A DNA stretch of 18,494 nt, taken from positions 1 to 18,494 of the forward strand of contig JANRJA010000235.1 of the NCBI GenBank assembly GCA_033764315.1, given 5' to 3'. Below, in pieces: positions 1 to 8,279 of this stretch; position 1 is the first letter of the stretch; each line of letters opens with the position of its first letter. This DNA is from Oculatellaceae cyanobacterium bins.114 (lineage in GTDB: Bacteria; Cyanobacteriota; Cyanobacteriia; Elainellales; Elainellaceae). Under the pieces are notes generated by a model. That model was not told where the DNA came from. It ran no database searches and worked only from the letters and a program-made list of their open reading frames with translations. A program made the translations under genes and the position numbers.

Positions 1-1
1 G

Positions 2-3000
2 GCCGGCCCCGCGGCCACTGGCCCGGCCCGCGCCGCCCCCGGCGGCGGCGGCGCCGGCGCTGGCCTACGGCGCCCAATCTTGGCGCGATCGGGGGCACTG
101 ACTCTCAATGGTGTCCGCTTTCAAAACAACCGAGCCGAGGGGGGCAATGGGGGTTCGGGTGCGCCGATCGCAGGGGGTGCAGGGCAAGGCAAAGGGGGGG
201 CTATCTTTGCGAGTAATGGAACCCTTGTCAGCAGTGTGGGTGTCTTACCTGTCTTTAGCGGCAACACAGCAACCGATTCAGAGAACACGGCCACTGACAA
301 CAACAATATTTTTGGGGCGATCGCCCTGGTAGTTCCTCAAGTCAGCATCACCGGGACAGGGAGTTTGACCGAAACGGGCACCACAGGAACCTTTACAATT
401 TCACGGGGCAGCAATACTCTGGGCGATCTGATCGTGAATTTGGGAGTCTTCGGAGATGCGGCCTTTGGGTCTACACGCGATTACACCGTTACTGGAGCCA
501 GCAGTTTTAATACCTCCACTGGAACCGTTACCATTCCCGATGGAGCCAGCAATGTCACGATTACGGTAACGGCAAACGATGATATTCAGGCCGAAGCAGC
601 AGAGGCGATCGCCCTAATGGTGCAAGCCGGAACGGGATATACCGTTTCTCCAGCGGCGATGGCGACATTAACGATCGCTGCCAATGACACAGTTGTAACT
701 ACAACAGGCGATCGTGGAGAAGGTTCATTGCGGCAAGCGGTGATCAATGCCAATACCTTTGCTGGAGCCGACACGATTAGCTTCGACACAACGGGCACAT
801 TTGCTACTCCACAAACGATTCAACTCACCTCTGGACAGCTTGAGTTGACAGGTGACGTCACCATCACCGGGACAGGCGCAAACCAACTCATCCTTGACGG
901 GGGCGATCGCTCTCGACTGGTTGCGGTCAACCGTGGGGTCGGTGCAGATATCTCCGGCATCACAATCACTAATGGTTTTGCCAATGGTGATCAAGGCGGT
1001 GGCATTTTTAATGCAGGTAGTTTGAGCCTCACAAACAGTGTTGTCAGCAATAGTGCGGCCGATCGCACCGGGGGTGGCATTTTTAACAGCGGCACGCTGA
1101 CACTGGTGGGGAGCACTCTCAGCGGCAACCAGGCCGATCAAGGGGGAGGGGGCATCGGCAATTTTGGAGACGTGACGGTCATCACTAGCACCCTCAGTGG
1201 CAACCGTTCTGATGGCGATGGGGGCGGGTTAGGCAACTTGGGGCCAGCCGCCAGAGCCACGCTGATTAATAGCACCGTCACGGGCAACCAGGCTAATGGC
1301 AGTGGCGGGGGCGGTTTTAACGCCATGACATTGTCAAACACGTTAGTCGCTGGAAATCGGAGTGCCATTGCCCCAGATATAGCTGGCACTGTTATTAGTA
1401 ACGGGTTTAACTTGATTGGCAATGGCTCTGGGGCGACTGGCTTTACAGGCACCGATCAGGTCGGCACTAATGCCACTCCTATCAATCCTCTGCTCAGTTC
1501 GTTGGGCAATTATGGTGGCTCGACTCCCACCCATGCGCTGCTTCCCGGTAGCACGGCAATCAATACAGGGTCACCTCTTGCAGCCCCTGCTACTGACCAA
1601 CGGGGCAGCGGCATAATTGGCACGGCAGATATTGGCGCGTTTGAATCTCAGGGATTTACCATCACCCCCAGTGGCGCATCTCAGGAAACATTGATCAATC
1701 AACCCTTTCCAGAGCCGTTGGGGGTGACTGTCAGCAGCGCAACAGGGGAACCCATCCAAGGGGGTCGGGTCACGTTTATCCCACCCACTACGGGAGCTAG
1801 TGCCATTCTCAATAGCTCTACTGTAGTCCTCAATGCCTCTGGTCAAGGGACGGTTTCTGCTACGGCTAACTCGGTCGAAGGGTCTTATCCAGTGTTGGCG
1901 ACAACCACGGGGGCTGAGCCAGCGCAATTTCTCTTAAGCAATACTGCTCTCAGAGTCACCCTTGCACCACCCACCCTGCCCAGTGCGATCGCCGGAGTTC
2001 CTTATTTACAAACGCTAACAGCGACAGGGGGCAGCGGCACCTACACCTTTGCGGTTGATACGGGAAGTTTGCCAACGGGCTTAACCCTTTCACCAGAGGG
2101 GGTGATTAGCGGCATTCCCACCACGGCTGGATCGTTTAATGCAACTATCACCGCCACTGACAGTTTGGGATTTAAAGGATTGCAAGCTTATTTGCTGCAA
2201 ACACTAGCCGGTGCTCCAGCGGCGATCGCCCCCTTACCCGGCACAACCCCCCAAGCGACGCTAGTTAGCACCGCCTTTACCAATCCTTTGCAGGTGCGTC
2301 TCACGGATGCCTTTGCCAACCCCATCAGCGGCAGTAGTGTGGTTTTTGTGGCTCCTGACGTAGGAGCCAGCGGCAGTTTTGCTAATAGTCTGACTTTTAC
2401 CGCCAGCACTGATAATAACGGCATCGCTACCGCTGACCCTTTGGTAGCCAATGTGATTCCAGGGAGTTACACTGTCACTGCGATCGCTGGAGATCTGTCT
2501 ACGGGGTTTAACCTGACCAATACGGCGGCTAATACGATTTCCACAATTATTCCCACGGCTCAAACCGCGATCGAAGGATTACCCCTCGTCTTCTCAACTT
2601 CAACTGGCAACCCCATTTCCTTTGGGGGGTCTAGCACGGATGTCCTCCAAGTCAGTCTGGCGGTCAGCAATGGGGTTTTGAGTCTAGGCAACGCAGTCGG
2701 ATTGACCTTTAGCGTAGGGGATGGCACGGCTGATCCGGTTTTGACCTTTAGTGGTGCGATCGCCAGCATTAACGCGGCTCTAGAGGGGTTGAGCTTCATT
2801 GCGGTCGATTATTGCGGGGCGGCCAACTTAAATGTCACGGCTAGCGCAGGTACGATTCAAGGCGGAGGCACAGTGCCTATCACGATCGGAGGCATTACCT
2901 TAACGGGTAGCGGTGCGTTAAATGGCACTCAGTGCGAAGACACCCTGACAGGCAGCACCACCAACGATGTCTTTACCCCCAAACGAGAAGACGACCTGAT

Positions 3001-3868
3001 GACCGGCGGGGGCGGTCAGGATAGTTATTTAATTCAACTGGGGGGCGGCACTGACACCATCACTGACTTCCAGGGAGTTGGAGCCGGATCTACCCCAACA
3101 TCCAGAGTGATTGCCGACGCCGATACGCTGAAATTTACCGGGGCAGGACTCACCGCTGAGAACTTGCTCATGACCCAGATTGGGGCAGATGTGGCGATCG
3201 CCTTTGACGGCATTGCGACGGTGCAAGTGATTCTTAAAAATATCTCCCTCGCCACCCTTGATAATCTCAGCCGCTCAACAACTGCCTCTCATGACATGAG
3301 CAACCTGTGGTTTGATGGGCAAACTGCCCCTCAAGACAATCTCGATGTGTTTAATGCTGACTCAACTCAAGGGGTGTTGTTTAATCGCAACACAGTCACG
3401 TTTTTGAATGACCTCAACAACACAGTGGCAGGATATGACAACTCCAACGACGTGATCAACGGTCAAGCCGGAGACGATCGCTTGGATGGCAAAGGCGGTA
3501 ACGACCTGTTGCGGGGCAACCAGGGCAATGACACATTGTTTGGTCGAGATGGAGACGATCGCTTGAGCGGGGGAGAGGGTGACGACACGCTGACAGGGGG
3601 CAGTGGCAAAAACACCCTGAGCGGTGCAGCAGGTAGCGATCGCTTTGTCTTGACGCGATCGGGTGGAACAGACACCATCACCGACTTTATCGATGGGGTC
3701 GATCGCCTGGGACTGCCCTCAAGCACCTCTTTCCAAAATTTAGTTTTCACTCAAGGAACAGGAGCTAACAGCAACGACACCCTGATCCGGCGCAGCAGCT
3801 CTACTGAAATCATTGCCATTTTGATTGGCGTTCAAAGCAGCCTGATTACCTTGGCTGACTTTGCTTAA
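2..3868 (+). CDS. Large secreted/surface protein, 5'-partial: Calx-beta, beta-helix (GGGIFN repeats) with choice-of-anchor Q-like segment, Ig-like domains and C-terminal RTX calcium-binding repeats; probable type I secretion substrate/adhesin
   Basis: The frame is open from base 2 to TAA at 3868, so the TTG at 80 is probably not the true start. Motifs: Calx-beta-like 'TVTIPDGASNVTITVTANDD..EAAE..ATLTIAAND'; 'GEGSLRQAVINAN'; repeated GGGIFN; 'LGNYGGSTPTHALLPGSTAIN..TDQRG..DIGAFE'; He_PIG-like 'GSLPTGLTLSPEGVISGIPT'; two Big-1-like units; RTX nonapeptides (GKGGNDLLR, GNQGNDTLF, GGEGDDTLT); C-terminal 'TLADFA'. Confidence 0.85.
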   Translation, partial: AGPAATGPARAAPGGGGAGAGLRRPILARSGALTLNGVRFQNNRAEGGNGGSGAPIAGGAGQGKGGAIFASNGTLVSSVGVLPVFSGNTATDSENTATDNNNIFGAIALVVPQVSITGTGSLTETGTTGTFTISRGSNTLGDLIVNLGVFGDAAFGSTRDYTVTGASSFNTSTGTVTIPDGASNVTITVTANDDIQAEAAEAIALMVQAGTGYTVSPAAMATLTIAANDTVVTTTGDRGEGSLRQAVINANTFAGADTISFDTTGTFATPQTIQLTSGQLELTGDVTITGTGANQLILDGGDRSRLVAVNRGVGADISGITITNGFANGDQGGGIFNAGSLSLTNSVVSNSAADRTGGGIFNSGTLTLVGSTLSGNQADQGGGGIGNFGDVTVITSTLSGNRSDGDGGGLGNLGPAARATLINSTVTGNQANGSGGGGFNAMTLSNTLVAGNRSAIAPDIAGTVISNGFNLIGNGSGATGFTGTDQVGTNATPINPLLSSLGNYGGSTPTHALLPGSTAINTGSPLAAPATDQRGSGIIGTADIGAFESQGFTITPSGASQETLINQPFPEPLGVTVSSATGEPIQGGRVTFIPPTTGASAILNSSTVVLNASGQGTVSATANSVEGSYPVLATTTGAEPAQFLLSNTALRVTLAPPTLPSAIAGVPYLQTLTATGGSGTYTFAVDTGSLPTGLTLSPEGVISGIPTTAGSFNATITATDSLGFKGLQAYLLQTLAGAPAAIAPLPGTTPQATLVSTAFTNPLQVRLTDAFANPISGSSVVFVAPDVGASGSFANSLTFTASTDNNGIATADPLVANVIPGSYTVTAIAGDLSTGFNLTNTAANTISTIIPTAQTAIEGLPLVFSTSTGNPISFGGSSTDVLQVSLAVSNGVLSLGNAVGLTFSVGDGTADPVLTFSGAIASINAALEGLSFIAVDYCGAANLNVTASAGTIQGGGTVPITIGGITLTGSGALNGTQCEDTLTGSTTNDVFTPKREDDLMTGGGGQDSYLIQLGGGTDTITDFQGVGAGSTPTSRVIADADTLKFTGAGLTAENLLMTQIGADVAIAFDGIATVQVILKNISLATLDNLSRSTTASHDMSNLWFDGQTAPQDNLDVFNADSTQGVLFNRNTVTFLNDLNNTVAGYDNSNDVINGQAGDDRLDGKGGNDLLRGNQGNDTLFGRDGDDRLSGGEGDDTLTGGSGKNTLSGAAGSDRFVLTRSGGTDTITDFIDGVDRLGLPSSTSFQNLVFTQGTGANSNDTLIRRSSSTEIIAILIGVQSSLITLADFA

Positions 3869-3878
3869 ACTGGATCTC

Positions 3879-5627
3879 ATGACATCCAAAATTCAGACCT
3901 TACCCACCGAGGTTGTGCACCTCATGGCGGCAGGAGAAGTAATTGATTCTCTTGCGGCTGTCGTGCGCGAATTAGCCGAGAATGCGATCGATGCAGGGGC
4001 AACTCGACTGCACATCTCGCTGTGGCAACACCAATGGCGGGTCAGAGTTTCTGACAATGGCAACGGCATGGGCTTAGACGATCTGCAACAGGCAGCCACT
4101 CCCCACAGCACCAGCAAGATTTACAGCAGCCATGATCTATGGCAGATCAATAGCCTCGGCTTTCGCGGAGAAGCACTCCACAGTCTGGCACAACTGGCCC
4201 AGCTCGAAATCTGTAGCCGTTCTTTAACTGCCCCTGAGGGATGGCGAGTCAGCTACGACACCCAAGGCACTCCCAATCGTGTCGAGGTAGCCGCGATCGC
4301 CCCTGGCACCGTCGTCACGGTCTCTGATCTCTTTGGCAATTGGCTTCCCCGCCGCGCTAGTTTGCCCAACTCGGCTCAACAAATGCGGGCAGTACAAGCC
4401 ACTGTCCATCAGCTTGCCCTCTGTCATCCTCACATCACATGGCAAGTTGAACAGGACGATCGCCCCTGGTTTGCCATCTGGTCGAGTCCCTCTGCTCTGC
4501 AAATTCTGCCGCAAATCCTCCGCGATCTCCAACCTGCCGACCTCCAATTCCTTCAAATCTCCTTCTCTGAGAGTACAGACGCGATTCATCGCGTCTCTGG
4601 GGCATCTATTGATCACAACTCGATTCCCCCCTCCCTCTATCTTCTAATCGGGTTACCCGATCGCTGTCATCGCCACCGTCCCGATTGGGTGAGAGTCGCC
4701 GTCAACGGACGCATGGTCAAACTACCAGAGTTAGAACAAACGATTTTAGGAGTCTTTCGGCGCGCTCTCCCACGCGATCGCCATCCCGTTTGTTTCTTGC
4801 ATTTGCAGATTGCCCCTGAGCAGATTGATTGGAACCGCCACCCCGCCAAAACCGAAATTTATTTACAGCACCTTGAAACTTGGCAAGAACGGGTGAGAGA
4901 GGCGATCGCCCAAGCCATGCAACTCAACACGAGTTTGCCCGAAGCAGCCCACTCTCACCGGGTAGGGCAATTGCTCAAAGCTGCCGAGGCTCAAGGAGCC
5001 TACTATCACAGTCGCTCTGTTCAATCCGTTGAAGCCGAAGAGTCAACCGAGGACAACCCTTCAGCAACCACTCCATTCCACAGTCCAGGTGCTCTTAGAG
5101 CGATCGCCCAGGTTCACAACATGTATATCCTCGCAGAGCATCCCAATGGGGTCTGGTTGGTGGAACAGCACATCGCCCATGAACGGGTGCTCTATGAACA
5201 ATTGTGCGATCGCTGGACTCTGGTTCCATTAGAGCCACCCATTATTCTCAATCAACTCTCATCGGCTCAAATCGAGCAACTCCAACGTCTAGGGCTAACC
5301 GTAGATTGCTTTGGCGAGCAACTATGGGCAATTCGCACGGCTCCAGAACCCTTAGCCCAACGCAGCGATTGTTCAGATGCCTTGTTAGAACTCAGTTTGG
5401 GAGGCAACCTCGAAGCGGCACTCGTTGCTACAGCTTGTCGCACTGCCATTCGCAATGGCACCCCACTCACCCTGACAGAGATACAAACCCTGCTAGATCA
5501 ATGGCAACAAACCCAAATGCCTCGCACCTGCCCCCACGGTCGCCCCATTTACCTGAAACTTGAGGAATCAAGCCTTTCCCGATTCTTTCGTCGGCATTGG
5601 GTAATTGGCAAAAGCCACGGCATTTAG
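3879..5627 (+). CDS. mutL: DNA mismatch repair endonuclease MutL
   Basis: GHKL ATPase motifs AAGEVI, VRELAENAIDAGA, DNGNGM, TSKI, SLGFRGEAL; C-terminal EQHIAHERVLYE, ACR and CPHGRP motifs. ATG at 3879 (MTSKIQTLP) is preferred over the TTG at 3861, which overlaps the upstream stop. Confidence 0.97.
   Translation: MTSKIQTLPTEVVHLMAAGEVIDSLAAVVRELAENAIDAGATRLHISLWQHQWRVRVSDNGNGMGLDDLQQAATPHSTSKIYSSHDLWQINSLGFRGEALHSLAQLAQLEICSRSLTAPEGWRVSYDTQGTPNRVEVAAIAPGTVVTVSDLFGNWLPRRASLPNSAQQMRAVQATVHQLALCHPHITWQVEQDDRPWFAIWSSPSALQILPQILRDLQPADLQFLQISFSESTDAIHRVSGASIDHNSIPPSLYLLIGLPDRCHRHRPDWVRVAVNGRMVKLPELEQTILGVFRRALPRDRHPVCFLHLQIAPEQIDWNRHPAKTEIYLQHLETWQERVREAIAQAMQLNTSLPEAAHSHRVGQLLKAAEAQGAYYHSRSVQSVEAEESTEDNPSATTPFHSPGALRAIAQVHNMYILAEHPNGVWLVEQHIAHERVLYEQLCDRWTLVPLEPPIILNQLSSAQIEQLQRLGLTVDCFGEQLWAIRTAPEPLAQRSDCSDALLELSLGGNLEAALVATACRTAIRNGTPLTLTEIQTLLDQWQQTQMPRTCPHGRPIYLKLEESSLSRFFRRHWVIGKSHGI
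4573..4596. repeat. REP/SDR-like palindrome inside mutL (GTAC-AGACGCGAT-TC-ATCGCGTCT)
   Basis: Perfect 9 bp inverted repeat 4577-4585/4588-4596 with a 2 nt loop, preceded by GTAC and read in frame as STDAIHRVS. TCTCTG occurs at 4564-4569 and 4594-4599. Confidence 0.75.
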
Positions 5628-5656
5628 CGTCTTAAAGACTGACCTGTCACCCTCTA

Positions 5657-6268
5657 TCATTTGCAGTTCAACGAATTAAACACTTGATCCGCAGTCGCTT
5701 TCGCGTTATCACCAATCGTGGTGAGATAAACAACGATCAGGTCTTGATTGTGTTGCACGACAGTTTGATAAACCAAGGCAGATTCACGGGTGTTAACGGT
5801 GCTTTGCTCACCCTCCAACACCGTCACCGAAACATCTTGTCCACACAACTGCTTTGCTTCGATGCGAGTAGACAAAATATTAAGATTTTGACCACTTTGA
5901 TCTTGGAAACTTTCTTGAAAAGACTTTTGAAAAGAGTCTTGAAACTCATTGGGATTGCCAGGAACCTTGCCCAACATCAGCATAATATCTCCCGAACCAT
6001 CCGCACTGCCAACACCCGCAAAGGTCATCCCACTGACTTCCACAGACATCAGCCCCTCAGCCCCCCCTGGAATTTGATAATCCATAATGGTCTGGGCTTT
6101 CTGTTCTGCCTGTTGAGGGTCTGCCGACAGATTCAACCATCGTTGCACAACGATGGCTAAGCCAATGCTGCCTATGAGCAGTAGGAGAAAGAAGCCACCA
6201 CATCCGATGCCAATCCACTTAAAAATGTTGACAGATTTCCGAGGTTGAGGAATTTCAGAAGTCTCCAT
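5657..6268 (-). CDS. Hypothetical protein with single N-terminal membrane anchor
   Basis: 203 aa ORF with ATG start and purine-rich AGGAAGAAG just upstream; hydrophobic segment WIGIGCGGFFLLLLIGSIGLAIVV followed by a soluble domain. Confidence 0.85.
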   Translation of the reverse strand: METSEIPQPRKSVNIFKWIGIGCGGFFLLLLIGSIGLAIVVQRWLNLSADPQQAEQKAQTIMDYQIPGGAEGLMSVEVSGMTFAGVGSADGSGDIMLMLGKVPGNPNEFQDSFQKSFQESFQDQSGQNLNILSTRIEAKQLCGQDVSVTVLEGEQSTVNTRESALVYQTVVQHNQDLIVVYLTTIGDNAKATADQVFNSLNCK

Positions 6269-6468
6269 ATCTTCTTCCTAAAGAGGGATGTAGAAGGCTG
6301 CTCAAGCCTAACTCATCTCAGTCACTTTTTGAGAGAAAAAGATATGGTTTAAAACAGTTGCCTCATCCCATCATCAATAGATCTTGAGATCTTGGACACA
6401 TCATTTTTGGGGTCAAGGAATGGCGTTGCAGGCATTTCAAGTTGCACCCCTCCTCACATAAAGAAAGC

Positions 6469-7833
6469 CTAATTTTGATGTTGCAACAGGGCACTCCGAA
6501 AGCGATCAACCACTTGGTCTAACCCCACTGCACGAGAGGCTTTTAAGAGAATGCGATCGCCCGGTTTGACAAACTTCGATAAGTGCTCTACCACTTCATC
6601 ATGGCTCGACAGTTGTTCTGTAGAGATTGACCCTGCTCCCTCTGCCATTGCCTTACTCTCCTCTTGATCTGCCAAAATCACCAAATGGTCTAGGGTTAAC
6701 TGACCTACCGCTTCCCCTACCTGTCGGTGAAATTCGGGCGATCGCTCTCCCAACTCTTTCATCGTGCCCAACACAGCAATATGTCGAGTTCCAGGAACCT
6801 GCGATAACAGATGCAAAGCCGCCAGCATCGACTCTAACCCAGCATTGTAAGTCTCATCTAAAATCACTACGTCATTGGGCAAGTCATATCGCCGTGCCCG
6901 CCCTTTTGGTAAGTCCACAGCGATTCCCGCCATTAAAGGAGACCAATCCAGTCCCAAAACCTTTGCCACCGTTAACGCAGCCAGATAGTTCAAGGCATTG
7001 TGACGACCGGGCAATGGCAGCGCAAAGGTCATTCCATCCACCTCAAGCGTTTGGGGATCAAGCAATTGCCCCCAAACATCCCCTCCCTCAAGTCCAAACG
7101 TTACTATTTTTCCTTGCCAAACTTGCGTCGCTGTCGCTATCAATCGCTCGTTGTCATGGTTTAGAACCGCGATGCCTGTCGTCGGCATTTCAGCTAACAA
7201 CTCACATTTTGCCTCTGCGATCGCCTGTTCTGACCCCAATCGACCAATATGAGCCGTTCCTACGTTGGTAATCACAGCAATATCAGGGCGGGCAATCTGA
7301 CTCAATAATGCAATCTCACCTTGACCCCGCATCCCCATCTCAATCACAGCATAATCATGCTCTTCTCCCAATTCCAGCAAGGTTTTGGGGACTCCAATTT
7401 CATTGTTAAAGTTGCCGTATGTCTTGAAAACGGTTCCTTGAGTTGCTAAAACCGCAGCTATTAACTCTTTTGTTGTGGTTTTGCCAACCGATCCAGTAAC
7501 CGCAATTAAAGGAATTGTGAATTGATTGCGCCACCAATGGGCGATCGCCTGATAAGCAGCCAGCGTATCTTTTACAACCAGTAAGGGCAGTGAGCTTGTA
7601 CTGGAGCTAACGTGATCTACAATTGCGGCGATCGCTCCTTGTGCGATCGCTTGTTCCACAAACGTATGCCCATCAAAGGTCTCGCCCCGCAACGCCAGAA
7701 ATATCTCTCCTGGCTGAAGGAATCGACTATCTGTTGTCAGACAGGTGGCGAGGCTAGTTGCCTCACTGGGTAAGTTGAGTGGAGCAGCTTCTAAAATTTC
7801 AACGAGCTGGGCCAGAGTAACACGACAAGTCAT
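6469..7833 (-). CDS. murF: UDP-N-acetylmuramoyl-tripeptide--D-alanyl-D-alanine ligase
   Basis: TDSR, 'FLALRGETFDGH', P-loop AVTGSVGKTTTKE, NFNNEIGVP, EMGM, DETYNA, VLGTMKELG and LLKASR motifs. Confidence 0.97.
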   Translation of the reverse strand: MTCRVTLAQLVEILEAAPLNLPSEATSLATCLTTDSRFLQPGEIFLALRGETFDGHTFVEQAIAQGAIAAIVDHVSSSTSSLPLLVVKDTLAAYQAIAHWWRNQFTIPLIAVTGSVGKTTTKELIAAVLATQGTVFKTYGNFNNEIGVPKTLLELGEEHDYAVIEMGMRGQGEIALLSQIARPDIAVITNVGTAHIGRLGSEQAIAEAKCELLAEMPTTGIAVLNHDNERLIATATQVWQGKIVTFGLEGGDVWGQLLDPQTLEVDGMTFALPLPGRHNALNYLAALTVAKVLGLDWSPLMAGIAVDLPKGRARRYDLPNDVVILDETYNAGLESMLAALHLLSQVPGTRHIAVLGTMKELGERSPEFHRQVGEAVGQLTLDHLVILADQEESKAMAEGAGSISTEQLSSHDEVVEHLSKFVKPGDRILLKASRAVGLDQVVDRFRSALLQHQN

Positions 7834-8060
7834 GCAAATCTAATCGTTAATTGATTTAGCTGTAATCATACCTCTGGTGTTTATCGGTTTATGCTTCTAA
7901 ATGTTAGGGAGTTGAAGCACCCAGACGGACTAACCCCAATGACTTACGCTTTCTATTTAGATCACATAAGCTATTCGTATTAATACTGACTTAGAAAAAG
8001 GAATTCAGTGAATTACGATCAGTACAGTCCTACTCAGCTTCATTAAAGCTTTACAAGGAT

Positions 8061-8076
8061 CGTGACTTGCATCACA
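8061..8076. promoter_or_regulatory. Putative CRP (SyCRP1/AnCrpA-type) binding site
   Basis: CGTGA-CTTGCA-TCACA matches 9/10 positions of TGTGA-N6-TCACA; a -10-like TACTAT lies 22 nt downstream (8099-8104), giving class II geometry toward the + strand gene. Confidence 0.65.
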
Positions 8077-8279
8077 GTATCGATCAATCTAATTTAAGTA
8101 CTATCGGATACGGTATTAGTGTAGAGGCATTAGCGTCAGCTATTGACCGACACATTTGACCCCGAAAGACATCAATTTTAATTAAAGTCTAGTGTTTTAC
8201 ACAGTGATCTCTTAGCCAAGCAAGCGTTAGCTTTGGATCGGCAGAATTAGCTTTGAAACAGTCAGAGGAGTGCCTATCT

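Noticed and set aside
108..3750. Numerous 60-140 aa alternative-frame and antisense ORFs within the giant gene
   Set aside because: Expected from the Gly/Ala/Thr codon bias, which depletes stops in other frames.
5684..6160. 158 aa + strand ORF antisense to the membrane hypothetical
   Set aside because: Shadow ORF with no RBS or recognisable features; the minus-strand ORF has ATG, RBS and sensible topology.
6378..6393. AGATCTTG tandem duplication in the intergenic region downstream of murF
   Set aside because: Two copies of 8 bp only, with no supporting context.
6627..7271. 214 aa + strand ORF antisense to murF
   Set aside because: Entirely inside a well-supported gene on the opposite strand; Pro/Leu/Ser-rich composition typical of a shadow frame; no motifs.
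8021..8035. AGTAC-AGT-CCTACT as a cyanobacterial LexA box
   Set aside because: Two mismatches in the right half of RGTAC-N3-DGTWCB; insufficient support.
8098..8136. NtcA-activated promoter using TAGCGT (8131-8136) as -10
   Set aside because: Spacing is 19 nt instead of about 22 and the flanks lack the extended TGTA/TACA; kept only as a possible overlapping repressive site.
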